From a virus (Duplodnaviria > Caudoviricetes): DNA of 64,000 nucleotides. How positions within the stretch are numbered: the stretch's first letter is position 1; every line of letters starts with the position of its first letter. Position numbers and translations under genes: made by a program. Location of the stretch: the IMG/VR virus record IMGVR_UViG_3300014059_000008, positions 27,416-91,415 of that record. The stretch is one strand, 5' to 3'. The notes under the pieces are model-generated. The model did no database searches. It saw only the letters and a program-made list of their open reading frames with translations, and was not told the origin of the DNA. Positions 36,927 through 46,206 of this stretch are shown one piece after another.

Positions 36927-37786
36927 TGTGGCACCTCGCGGATTTTCAGATCGGGTGGAATCTCCGACATAGAGCTGCCCTTTTTGCTGACAATCCAGTA
37001 GGGCTGTCCATTTAGCCATGGTTTCGCGCCCAGCTGCTTTACAAACACTGGCACGCCAGCGGCCTTGCACTGCGCTACGGTCTGCCGCGCCCATGCCAGA
37101 TCGAAGGGTCGCGCATTGTGGCCTGACTCGCCGCCTACGATGATCCAGTGTAGCTTTCCTGCCGATAGCGCGTCGTAATACACACAAGCTAGAGATTCCG
37201 CTTTCCGGCCCACTTCGATGCGATTCCAGTCAACGGGGCCTACCTGTGGCTCCTGCGAAACAAACCGCACCTTGGCCGGAATCTTAAACAGCCACAGCAT
37301 GCGATCTTCTGCCGCCTCTTGGTTCTCGACCGTGCATCCCATCCACACGTTCTGCGGCATGCCCGCACGCCAGCTATCTGAAATCATCGCCATGACGTTC
37401 TGCGGCCTCTTGGTGAGTAGCAGCCAGTCAAGGTTAGGCGTTGCCTCGATCAGCGCCCACAAGCGCAGCCGCGCAGCGTTTACGGCATCCGCGCTTGGAC
37501 CGTGGTAGTCCTCAAAGACATCGGCCAAAGATGCGCAGAAAACCCGGTGGCGCTCACCAGCTTCCTTGGCTTTGCGGTCCCATAGCAGGGGCTGTTTCCA
37601 CATGGATTCCGAAGCAATCTCGCGCGCTGCGCCAGTTCCCCAGGTTTCAATTCCCTTGGATCTAGCGATGCGTACCGGTGCCGCATGCTCGGCGTAGCAG
37701 TGCTTACAACCAGCGCTGACCTTGGTGCATCCGCGCCACGGATTGAAAGTATGAGTCGCCCATTCTATCGAAGTATCAGCAGCCAT
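36923..37786 (-). CDS. DUF5131 (phage Gp37/Gp68) family protein
   Basis: TSIEWATHTFNPWRGCTKVSAGCKHCYAE, VFCASLADVF, LLTKRP, WIIVGGESG..ARP, FVKQLG. Confidence 0.9.
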   Translation of the reverse strand: MAADTSIEWATHTFNPWRGCTKVSAGCKHCYAEHAAPVRIARSKGIETWGTGAAREIASESMWKQPLLWDRKAKEAGERHRVFCASLADVFEDYHGPSADAVNAARLRLWALIEATPNLDWLLLTKRPQNVMAMISDSWRAGMPQNVWMGCTVENQEAAEDRMLWLFKIPAKVRFVSQEPQVGPVDWNRIEVGRKAESLACVYYDALSAGKLHWIIVGGESGHNARPFDLAWARQTVAQCKAAGVPVFVKQLGAKPWLNGQPYWIVSKKGSSMSEIPPDLKIREVPQ

Positions 37787-38438
37787 CGGTTCCTGCCTTT
37801 CCGTCCAGCTCTTTTATAATTGCGTCGTACTCGGTCATGGCTTTGTCGTGAACTAGCTTCACAAGCACCTTGTGACGGATGGTAAACGCCCAGTCTCTGA
37901 GCTTGGCCGCTGTCTGCACTACTTCTGTGTACTTCTCGGTAGCCTGTTTCGCTTCGGCTATGGCGGCGCTTTGGCTCTCGACTGTCTTCAGTGCGGCGTC
38001 TAGCTTTGCTCCGCGCTCGTTGGCCATACGCTCCATGCAGATAAGATCGCTATGCGTTTTTGAATACGCGCTGCGGACCCCAACAAGCTGCTGTTTCAGG
38101 TCTGCAACTTCAGCTACAAGCTCAGCCTTTTGCGCTGTGCAGATCATCTGCATCCGCTCAATCAGCTGCAGCGGAGTCTCATTCCCAAGCTGAGCCATGA
38201 TGCCGCTGTACTTGCTCTTGGCTTCGTCTAGCTCGACTTGCAGAGAAGCGACTAGCTCTGATAGGCGGGCTACTTCCTTGGCCCCATTACCGGCCAGCAC
38301 TTTGTCTACGATGGCGTTTTCCAGGTCTGATGTCAGCCGTCGGATGGTTTCCGATGCGCGATCAAGTCCCTCTTGGCGTTCCACGGCTAGACGATACTGC
38401 CTAGTGATAAACGCCGCCGTTGTCTCGTTTCCGTACAT
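37776..38438 (-). CDS. coiled-coil protein with repeat modules
   Basis: YGNETTAAFITRQ; LGNETPLQLIERM. Confidence 0.75.
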   Translation of the reverse strand: MYGNETTAAFITRQYRLAVERQEGLDRASETIRRLTSDLENAIVDKVLAGNGAKEVARLSELVASLQVELDEAKSKYSGIMAQLGNETPLQLIERMQMICTAQKAELVAEVADLKQQLVGVRSAYSKTHSDLICMERMANERGAKLDAALKTVESQSAAIAEAKQATEKYTEVVQTAAKLRDWAFTIRHKVLVKLVHDKAMTEYDAIIKELDGKAGTDGC

Positions 38439-38456
38439 GCCTTTAAGTGAGGCGTG

Positions 38457-40895
38457 CTAATTCAGCGCCCGCCAGCGCTTTTTGATGTCTTCAGCTTCTC
38501 GCTCTGCAGCGATACGTGCATCCAGATCGTTCTGCCCTTGCCGAATCAGCGCCACGGGATCACCGCTGCATCTGCCGCTCTTGTTCGCTTCGGCCAAGAT
38601 GGCGGCTAGCTCCGCGCGGATACGGTCGCGGTCTGCGGTTATGGTGGAAAGCTCCGCCAGTTTTCGCTCTAAGCACTGTTTAACGCTTTCATTTCCCTGC
38701 ATGCCAGCCGCTGCCGCTAGCGAATAAATCTGCGCGTAGTCATCTTCATATTCTCGCAGCCTGCGTGTTTCCTTGGCTAGCTCCGCGCTCAGCTTGCGTA
38801 CTTCCTCTTGCGCGCTGTTTTGCTCCTTAACCGCCCACACATGCAATTTGTGAGACTGGTCGTATTTCTTATTGGCTTCATCCAGCGCCTTCCGTAGGAA
38901 CGTATTTGAGTTCCCTAACCGAGTCACAAAGTCGATAACTGGACCGTTCTCGCTTTCTGGGTTCACGATCTTCGCAATCTCGCTCAGCTCCGTTCTGGCT
39001 CTCAGGCTTTCCGCTCGTGCAGTCTTTAGTTCCTCAGCGGACCGCAGACGGGATTCCTCGTATGAGCGCTGTATCTGCTTATTGGCGTTTCCCATCTTCA
39101 GGCTCTCGCTAGCAGCGTCGCAGCGCACCTTGTACAGCTCTGCATTCAAGCGCTCGATGAACGCGCCGATCTTCTCTCCCTGCTTTAGTCCGCCAGCCTT
39201 CGCTGCGCCATGGATCGCGGTCAGTACTTTTTGCAGCCGTGCGACCGTCTGGTCTTTGCGCTTACTCTCGGCGCAAATGCGATCGATGAACCATCCAAGA
39301 GACTCGCCATCAGTGCGACCGTTGGCTTTCGATATGTCGTTTGCTTCCTTGGTGTATGAGTCATTGGTTTTAGCTACAGCTAGTAAGCGCGTAAACTCCG
39401 CATCCATCTCTTTCTTTGCCTTGGCACGGTCATTTTTTACTGACTGTAGTTCGTCATGCGTTCGCGTCATGAACTCAAAGAGCGTTTCATCCTCCATGCG
39501 TCCAATGCCATCGGCGACTTTGTAGGCGTACTCCATAACGCTGTCGTTGCCTGCAGCCATAAGGCTCACACGCTCCGCCTCTAACTCTCGGATCCTCTGC
39601 AGCTTCTCCTCGTGCCAAGCGCGGACCTTCAGCAATTCCTGGCCTTTGTCTTGCGCATCTTGCTTCCACATCTTCAGGGCCTCACCGGCCTCAAACGCGC
39701 GCGTGCCTTCCTTCTCAATTTCGGCATCTTGGCGCTTCAGAAAGTCGATTACCGATTCGCCTTCTTCCGCTCCGCACTCTGACGCTTCTGCTGCAATCGC
39801 CGCCATCCGCGCAGATAGACCGTCAATGCGTGCGATGTCATCAGAGTGAGTGCTGTTTAGCTTGGCAATCTCTGCAGCCTGCCGATCCATGAAGCTCCAC
39901 AGCGTCTCATAGTCAGCGCGTCCGAGATCGTTCGCGCACTTCCACAGCTTCTTCATGTTCTCTTCGGATTCCGAGTTAATGCGGTTGGCGCGCTCCCGCT
40001 CGCGCCGTGCTTCCTCTTTGGCTGTGGCTAGGTCGCCAAGTACGCGCTTAATAAACTGCGCATGAGTCTCATCGGGTAGGACTCCGTACTCTTCAGCTGC
40101 TGCCTTTGACTCAGCTTCGCCAGCCTTTAGGTCTTCTACCTGTGCTTGCAGCGCAGTTATGCCGGGCTGCGACACATCGAGCGCCGTCTTTAGGAAGTCA
40201 CACAGAGACGCTTCATTGGTCCACCCATAGACCTCATTCCAGCCGTGCTTCCGTGCGCACTTTCGCACCTCGCCAAGCTGCTTTTCTAGGCTGTCAATAC
40301 GCGCCGCGCTTCCAAGTAGCGTTTCGGTTGTCTCGCTCAGCAGCTTGGAATATCGGCCCTCTTCGGCCTGCAGTTTAGCCTTCATGTCTTCGGCTAAGCG
40401 CTGCGCTACCTGAAGAGAGTCCCAGACTCGCACCATGTAGTCTGTCATCAGCTCATCTGGTATCCGCCCATTTTCCATCGACACACCATGCCACTCGTCC
40501 ATCAGCGCGCGATCGTCTCGAAGTGATTTGATGGTGGCGTCTTTGGTCTTCAGCTTTTCCTGCATGTCTTCCGCGAAGCGCTGCGCCACTCCGAGCGAGT
40601 GCCAGACGCGGACCATGTAGTCTTCTACCGGTTCTTCGTCAACGCGCCCGTTTTCCTCTGACACTTCTCGATGCTTTGCGACAATGCCTTTATAGTATTC
40701 GAGCGCCGCCCCGTTCTGGTCATTTGCATAATTCAGCGTCGTGACCCGAGTTATAAAGTCGCATAACAATTCCCGGCCTTGTTGCCATCCGTTGCTACTT
40801 GCTGCGCGCTCAATCTCTCCGAGCGTCTCAATCACTCGCTTGATCATCGTCTCACCGTTCCTTTTCCATTGTTTCGTTGCTATGCAGTCATCCAC
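38457..40895 (-). CDS. large coiled-coil protein with about 12 repeat modules
   Basis: 812 aa; repeated G-x3-(G/D)E(S/T)xxxFxxR. Confidence 0.85.
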   Translation of the reverse strand: MDDCIATKQWKRNGETMIKRVIETLGEIERAASSNGWQQGRELLCDFITRVTTLNYANDQNGAALEYYKGIVAKHREVSEENGRVDEEPVEDYMVRVWHSLGVAQRFAEDMQEKLKTKDATIKSLRDDRALMDEWHGVSMENGRIPDELMTDYMVRVWDSLQVAQRLAEDMKAKLQAEEGRYSKLLSETTETLLGSAARIDSLEKQLGEVRKCARKHGWNEVYGWTNEASLCDFLKTALDVSQPGITALQAQVEDLKAGEAESKAAAEEYGVLPDETHAQFIKRVLGDLATAKEEARRERERANRINSESEENMKKLWKCANDLGRADYETLWSFMDRQAAEIAKLNSTHSDDIARIDGLSARMAAIAAEASECGAEEGESVIDFLKRQDAEIEKEGTRAFEAGEALKMWKQDAQDKGQELLKVRAWHEEKLQRIRELEAERVSLMAAGNDSVMEYAYKVADGIGRMEDETLFEFMTRTHDELQSVKNDRAKAKKEMDAEFTRLLAVAKTNDSYTKEANDISKANGRTDGESLGWFIDRICAESKRKDQTVARLQKVLTAIHGAAKAGGLKQGEKIGAFIERLNAELYKVRCDAASESLKMGNANKQIQRSYEESRLRSAEELKTARAESLRARTELSEIAKIVNPESENGPVIDFVTRLGNSNTFLRKALDEANKKYDQSHKLHVWAVKEQNSAQEEVRKLSAELAKETRRLREYEDDYAQIYSLAAAAGMQGNESVKQCLERKLAELSTITADRDRIRAELAAILAEANKSGRCSGDPVALIRQGQNDLDARIAAEREAEDIKKRWRALN

Positions 40896-41062
40896 TCGGG
40901 CGCTTGCAGGCCATCTGGATACAAGCTCTGCGCCTTCTCGTAGGCACGATTCAGCGCGTCATGCAGGGCGCGCCGCTGCTGCGATGGCGGGTTGTGCATC
41001 ACCTCGACTGCAGCCCATGACAATCGCTTAGCTCTCTTGTATCTGTCGCGCGCTCGGCTCAT
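40880..41062 (-). CDS. small basic protein
   Basis: Start MSRARDRY. Confidence 0.5.
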   Translation of the reverse strand: MSRARDRYKRAKRLSWAAVEVMHNPPSQQRRALHDALNRAYEKAQSLYPDGLQAPEWMTA

Positions 41063-41171
41063 AGCGCCCCGACTGCAGCCAGCATCCCAAGTACCACCCC
41101 TGCCGCCATGGCATAAATCGGCCACGCTATCGGCCTACGAACCTGTACACACGCTTGCTCGATGATGATGG

Positions 41172-41402
41172 TCATGCGTTCCCCTCGTGTTCTGTCGATA
41201 GCAGCTCGTCGATGACTTGCATCATCGCCTCGCAGTTATGGCAGTAACCAGCGCGCAGCGTCTTTCCCGCAACGGACTCCCGCTTGTGCTCAGCATGCTC
41301 GGCCCGCACCGAGTGCATGACCTCGTACGCGCGATTTACAGCCGATCGGCGTTGCTCGACGAACTTGCGCACGATCTCGGCCCGCTTCTGAAACTCATTC
41401 AC
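41172..41402 (-). CDS. hypothetical protein
   Basis: GTG start with GGCAGGAGG RBS, downstream of a promoter motif. Confidence 0.6.
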   Translation of the reverse strand: MNEFQKRAEIVRKFVEQRRSAVNRAYEVMHSVRAEHAEHKRESVAGKTLRAGYCHNCEAMMQVIDELLSTEHEGNA

Positions 41403-41493
41403 GATAGAACCTCCTGCCTGTGACAAGTGGTGCCACGGCAGGTGGTTACTATGCAAGTTTTTTTGTGGGATTGTTTCGATTGCTGACTGGTTA

Positions 41494-41730
41494 CTAGCTG
41501 CTACTCGTCGATTTGTTGGAATCTTCGGAGGGCTTTACAGCGTCATATGCAGCGCCTACTACAGCTGCAGCACCTGATAGGATTGCGCCAGCCACTCCCA
41601 GAATGCTGGGGCCGCTGCTGCTGTCTTCATCCGGTGGCGCTTCGTCGTTATCGTCTGGCTCTGGACCGTCGAGCGTGATCTCAATCTTGACGGTGTTGCC
41701 TTGGACGGTGACAGAATCAACACCGGACAC
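41494..41730 (-). CDS. small membrane-associated protein
   Basis: Acidic linker followed by a hydrophobic helix. Confidence 0.5.
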   Translation of the reverse strand: MSGVDSVTVQGNTVKIEITLDGPEPDDNDEAPPDEDSSSGPSILGVAGAILSGAAAVVGAAYDAVKPSEDSNKSTSSS

Positions 41731-42305
41731 TAGCGGGGCTCTAGCTGGTTGATCTGCAGGATGTGGGTGCCGGGCTTGGCTTTGACGATGACCACCGATA
41801 GCTGCGTCACTTCGCTGGAACTGGATTTCCCGCTGATGATGAAGCGCTGATCTGCCGTCTCTGCCTTGAACGTCTGCTCTACCCATTCCGGGTGAACACC
41901 AAAGAAGCGAGCGGGACGCACTAAGACCGTGACTTCACTGCCCTTTGCTAGATCCAAAATGAATGATCGCGGCAAACCGTCACCAGCTGCAGTGTGGTTC
42001 CCGGTCCATGTCATCTCGCCGCAGCCTTCTGGCTTGGTGCAATGAAAGGCGGTCAGCGCCTTGGTGGGGCACGTCGGCATGCTCGCGGTAGGATCCGCAC
42101 GGGTCCACCCGTTGCTGACGTTGATGCTGGCGTCATTGTTGATAACCGGCGACGGTGTGCATGGCGCGGCCTTCATCGCGGTCTGCATCTCGTACTTGAT
42201 CGGGTCGGTTCCCGGCCACTGACCGCTGGCGACCATGGCGCACCCTGACGCCAGCAGCAAACCCATCATCAGCATCGCAACAGACAATCCTCGTAAAGTT
42301 CGCAT
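41730..42305 (-). CDS. putative lipoprotein
   Basis: Lipobox LASGC; GAGGAG RBS. Confidence 0.75.
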   Translation of the reverse strand: MRTLRGLSVAMLMMGLLLASGCAMVASGQWPGTDPIKYEMQTAMKAAPCTPSPVINNDASINVSNGWTRADPTASMPTCPTKALTAFHCTKPEGCGEMTWTGNHTAAGDGLPRSFILDLAKGSEVTVLVRPARFFGVHPEWVEQTFKAETADQRFIISGKSSSSEVTQLSVVIVKAKPGTHILQINQLEPR

Positions 42306-42307
42306 AA

Positions 42308-42493
42308 CTACTCCTCTGTTCGTTGTTTTGCTGCAGCACCTGGACCACCCAGGAGCTCCAGATCTTTGCGCGCGGCTTCGTTCACTGCCTTGCGCTTAGC
42401 TTCGATCTCTTTGGCGTGTGCATCCCACGCCTCTTTTCCGGCTTCGATCGCCGCGATGGCAACCTTGGCAATGCCCACCAGAACGCTGGTCAT
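42308..42493 (-). CDS. small helical protein, possible lysis accessory
   Basis: Start MTSVLVG, coupled to the lipoprotein stop. Confidence 0.55.
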   Translation of the reverse strand: MTSVLVGIAKVAIAAIEAGKEAWDAHAKEIEAKRKAVNEAARKDLELLGGPGAAAKQRTEE

Positions 42494-42741
42494 GGCTTGA
42501 TCGCTGGCACGAACTCTTTGCACGGCCCAGACTCTGCAGCCTTCACCGCTTCCGCAAGGCCATCCAGCGAGCCCGTGGCCGCAACTACCGCGCTTACGCA
42601 GTCCACACTGGCTGGGCACTGACCGGGCACCTTGCAGTTCGATACAGCGCGAATCCGCATCGCATCCAGCCGCTTGAGTAGAGCCATCTCGCCAGAGCAC
42701 CCAGATAGCACAATGGCCGTCACCGCAATCATCACTCGCAT
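42490..42741 (-). CDS. small Cys-rich lipoprotein (spanin candidate)
   Basis: Lipobox LSGC and four further Cys. Confidence 0.6.
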   Translation of the reverse strand: MRVMIAVTAIVLSGCSGEMALLKRLDAMRIRAVSNCKVPGQCPASVDCVSAVVAATGSLDGLAEAVKAAESGPCKEFVPAIKP

Positions 42742-43613
42742 CTCATCACCAGCTTCTGTTCGAACTCGGTCTGTTCTGCTGGGCTCAGTCCTAGCACCTT
42801 GGGGATGTTGCCCGCTAGAATCTGGGCCACAGCATTGCGCTCCAATCGGCTCAGCGTAACAGCTTGCAGCCGGTAGTCCTCAAACGCTTCTGCGCAAAGC
42901 GGAACCCAGCCGCCCACAATCTCATAGATCACGTCGGCATAGGCACGGATCTCGCTCTGCGCGTGGCCGTCCTTGCGCAGCCTTAGGAAGTGGAGCAGGT
43001 TGTGCAGGTCAATCTTCCAGTACCACTCGGTGTAGGTATTGAGCGTCAGCGACAGCCGCGCCGTCTCGCGCGCTACCTGGGGCCTGCTATCGTCCTGTTT
43101 GTTACCTTCGCCGTCGTCATTTAGAAGCATGCCGTACAGCTGGCAAGCGTCCTCGGAATTGAGAATCAGCCCTTGCCGCACGATGTCGGCATCGACCTTA
43201 TCCAGCACGCCGCCGCTGCCTTGCTTGTTTGTCAGCGACTGCCCTGCGATGCGCTCCAGCTCAGGGATGTAAAACTCGCTCGCAAGAATCGAGTAGCGCG
43301 CCGACAGCTCGTTGACCTTGGCCGTGCGATGCCTGATCCACTGCCGCGCCACGAAGATCGGCAGCTTGACATGGAGCTTGATAGACGCCATCTCAAGCGG
43401 GGACGTGTGATCTTTGCGCATTAGGTAGCGGATCAAACCTCGATCGCTGCTGACGCTCTTGGTTCCCGCTCCATACGAGACGCGCGCTGCTTGAACGATC
43501 GCGCTGTCGTCTCCCATGTAGTCGATGACCCTAATGAAGCCATGATCTAGCACATTGTGCGGCTCCCCCAGGATGCCGTCTAGGTACGGGCTTCTAGTTC
43601 GCGTGATTCGCAT
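42732..43613 (-). CDS. thyX: flavin-dependent thymidylate synthase
   Basis: [41 protein letters not shown]...HAQSEIR. Confidence 0.97.
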   Translation of the reverse strand: MRITRTRSPYLDGILGEPHNVLDHGFIRVIDYMGDDSAIVQAARVSYGAGTKSVSSDRGLIRYLMRKDHTSPLEMASIKLHVKLPIFVARQWIRHRTAKVNELSARYSILASEFYIPELERIAGQSLTNKQGSGGVLDKVDADIVRQGLILNSEDACQLYGMLLNDDGEGNKQDDSRPQVARETARLSLTLNTYTEWYWKIDLHNLLHFLRLRKDGHAQSEIRAYADVIYEIVGGWVPLCAEAFEDYRLQAVTLSRLERNAVAQILAGNIPKVLGLSPAEQTEFEQKLVMRCE

Positions 43614-43775
43614 TGAGCCTCCGCCTCATCTCGCGGTCATACGCTTTGAGCACAAGAGGCGGAACACTTGCGCGATCTACAGCTGGTGGCCATCGGCTTG
43701 GGTCTTCATTAAACCAGTCCGGCGTAGTGAGCTTGCGCGCCTCTTTGTCATCGTCTCGCCACTTTTGTAGGTCGG

Positions 43776-44423
43776 TCATTTATAGCGCCTCCATAGACGC
43801 CCTAAGCTGTTTACATTTACCGAGTCATCACGATCGCCTACGCGCGGCCTATTAGTCGCTACGACCCCGATATCATCGCCGATCCGGCCCGCATAGTCCG
43901 AGTGCGCTGCATTCATCAGCAGCAGGCTCTTGACCGCTGGCGATGGCGAGATCCACGGTACGAATGCATCACCGTTATGCGCCATCCACCCGGCCATCAC
44001 CAGCCGCTTGCACTCGTCGATTCCCGACTTGGGACTGCGCGAAAACAGCACGCTAGCGGCAGGGTTGAACTTGCCATGCTTGAGAGTCAGCAGCATAAGC
44101 GCGCACAGGTTCGGGCTCTTGTAGATCTTACCCAGTGCTGCGTAGCTCTCATCGACAAAGCCAGCGCACTTTTTCAGCAGCTGATTCCGTGCGATGACCT
44201 TGGCATGCGTTGCGTAAAACTGCGGGATGGGGTCCGGCATCCTAGTCTTACCGGCGCAGCAGCTCACGCCAGACTCTGCATTGCGCTCTGTGCATGACTC
44301 ATCATGCTTAAACCAATGTACCGTCACCCACTTTGTCGATGCGTAGTCTAGGACTCGCACCGTATATACTGACAGCGAGGTCCTAAAATCCCCCTTGCTG
44401 TAGTTGATCCAGATCACTCGCAT
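43776..44423 (-). CDS. hypothetical protein
   Basis: 215-aa ORF. Confidence 0.6.
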   Translation of the reverse strand: MRVIWINYSKGDFRTSLSVYTVRVLDYASTKWVTVHWFKHDESCTERNAESGVSCCAGKTRMPDPIPQFYATHAKVIARNQLLKKCAGFVDESYAALGKIYKSPNLCALMLLTLKHGKFNPAASVLFSRSPKSGIDECKRLVMAGWMAHNGDAFVPWISPSPAVKSLLLMNAAHSDYAGRIGDDIGVVATNRPRVGDRDDSVNVNSLGRLWRRYK

Positions 44424-44443
44424 GTATAACCCCTGCCGGTGGT

Positions 44444-44950
44444 TTACTGACGCTTTGTTGGCTGTGTCGGAATGCGAATCATGATGGTCTTGTCGTCGAT
44501 GACCCGCCTACGCTCCAACACGGCGTTGTTTGAATTTCCCTCAATGGTGCTGATCCTCGTTAGGTCGCCGCGCTTCACAATCCCGCAGTGCGAAACCACT
44601 CCCTCTTTGTTTGCGAAGAACACCACATCGCCCTCTGCAGCTCTTAGGACGTTGTGAGCCCATGGAATCTGGCGGACGTTGGCCAAGAGCATGCGCGCTG
44701 ATAAGGAGCACTGCTTACGCTCGATGATTCCAAAGTGCCATAGTAGCCGCGACAGAAACCCAGCGCACCACTTGTCACCGGGACCACCTCCAAGCCACTC
44801 TACAGACCACGCCTGCACTGGCCCGCAGTTTGCGCCGCCTTGCTCTTTGAGGCCCACCAGCCGGTGCGCTAGCTGAAGTGGGCTCTCGGCCTGCTTTACG
44901 GCCTCTTCGATTTGATGCTGGTCGCTTTTGCTCTGCAGATCGTCGCTCAT
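44444..44950 (-). CDS. CHAP-domain amidase (endolysin candidate)
   Basis: E.GG.N.G, WCAGF, GDVVFF, HCGIV, TIEGN. Confidence 0.85.
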   Translation of the reverse strand: MSDDLQSKSDQHQIEEAVKQAESPLQLAHRLVGLKEQGGANCGPVQAWSVEWLGGGPGDKWCAGFLSRLLWHFGIIERKQCSLSARMLLANVRQIPWAHNVLRAAEGDVVFFANKEGVVSHCGIVKRGDLTRISTIEGNSNNAVLERRRVIDDKTIMIRIPTQPTKRQ

Positions 44951-45001
44951 GGTCCCACCGCCGAAGTTAAACGGCCAGTCTATCAGCGGTGAGCATAGTT
45001 G

Positions 45002-45733
45002 TCATCGGAGCATCCCAGCGACCAGCAGTCCGAAGGTGACTGCGAATACCGCTACGGTTAGCGCGCCTTTCCGCAAGTGCGCGAGTTGTGACCGCTCTTG
45101 GTGCAGACCGAGCACGTTCGGACCGTGCCCGAGCTGACCTTGGCTTTGGCCTTCGGAGCGGCCTTCACTTTGGCAGCGGGCTTGGCTTTGGTGGCCTTGG
45201 TTGCTTTCGACTCTTTGACTTCGGACTTCTTTGCTTTTGCCATGGTTCGTATCTCCGTGTTTATGAGTGACTGACTCGTTAATAATTCGGTCTCCGTCTT
45301 TCACTTTGCAAGCGAATTGTTGCTTACGCGCAAGATTGCGCACTCCTACCCTATCAATGCAGCTCTGGCAGCTTAGATTTCCATCTGCTGCCTGTGCCTT
45401 AAAGCAAGACTGACATAGCCCTTGTGCCTTGGCTGCAAGTCGTCGCTGATAGCAATAAGTCGCTGTCACTTTTGCGCATCTCTTGCACTTCATTTTTCCC
45501 GGCATGCAGCGCATCTTGGTGCATACGACGCAGTGACCGATCGTATTGGCCACTTGCTTGCGCTGGTCAAAGATCTCGCGGTGGTCTTCAGCGCAGACCA
45601 CGCACATCTTGCGACCAGGTGCCGGTGGAGTTCTCACGCAGCGGCTGCAGAGCCCTTTGGTCTGGGCCTTGTGCTTCCTGTTTTCGCGGTAGACCTTCCA
45701 TTGAGCGCGCAGCTCGTCATGGTCCGCGCTCAC
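45002..45733 (-). CDS. multi-CxxC Zn-finger protein
   Basis: Three G(L/H)CxxC...CxxC units; GTG start coupled to the upstream stop; the ORF runs across the next gene. Confidence 0.65.
   Translation of the reverse strand: MSADHDELRAQWKVYRENRKHKAQTKGLCSRCVRTPPAPGRKMCVVCAEDHREIFDQRKQVANTIGHCVVCTKMRCMPGKMKCKRCAKVTATYCYQRRLAAKAQGLCQSCFKAQAADGNLSCQSCIDRVGVRNLARKQQFACKVKDGDRIINESVTHKHGDTNHGKSKEVRSQRVESNQGHQSQARCQSEGRSEGQSQGQLGHGPNVLGLHQERSQLAHLRKGALTVAVFAVTFGLLVAGMLR
45058..45243 (-). CDS. histone H1-like Lys/Ala-rich protein with zinc knuckle
   Basis: KATKAKPAAKVKAAPKAKAK plus CSVCTKSGHNSRTC; GGAG RBS. Confidence 0.8.
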   Translation of the reverse strand: MAKAKKSEVKESKATKATKAKPAAKVKAAPKAKAKVSSGTVRTCSVCTKSGHNSRTCGKAR

Positions 45734-46206
45734 AGCATGTTTCCTTTGTTGTCTGTTGGCCAGCGGACCTTGTTCCCATGCGCATCGCATGGCCAGCAGT
45801 ACGGCCTAAAGTATGGCCTGTACTTCACTTCAGTTTTTGATGTCATCCAGATCTGTAGCTCTGCGGATGTCAGAATTTCCACTTTCACGCTGTCATACTT
45901 GAACATCCACCACGCGACTTCTTTCATTGCTTCGCTCGATGGATAGCCAGGGCGCATGCGCGGATTGATTTCGCGCAGCACAGCTTGCAGATTCATACCC
46001 TCTTCGCCCGCAATATCACTCAGCGCGCTAGATAGCTCGTTCGTGGTGGCAACGTAGCAGAAGCTGCCATCATTGCGACGCTTGCTGTAAACGCAACCGA
46101 TACCCATGTTCCAGCCCTTGCGCGCTAGCCACATGCGGATCTCGTCTATCGATATGCCTTGCGCCTCATCTAGCTTCTGTTCTTCCTCGGTCAGAAATGC
46201 CATCAC
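45730..46206 (-). CDS. hypothetical protein
   Basis: Coupled ORF. Confidence 0.65.
   Translation of the reverse strand: MMAFLTEEEQKLDEAQGISIDEIRMWLARKGWNMGIGCVYSKRRNDGSFCYVATTNELSSALSDIAGEEGMNLQAVLREINPRMRPGYPSSEAMKEVAWWMFKYDSVKVEILTSAELQIWMTSKTEVKYRPYFRPYCWPCDAHGNKVRWPTDNKGNML

Noticed and set aside
44951-45056. Hammerhead ribozyme
   Set aside because: The core CTGANGA and GAAA elements are not present in the required arrangement
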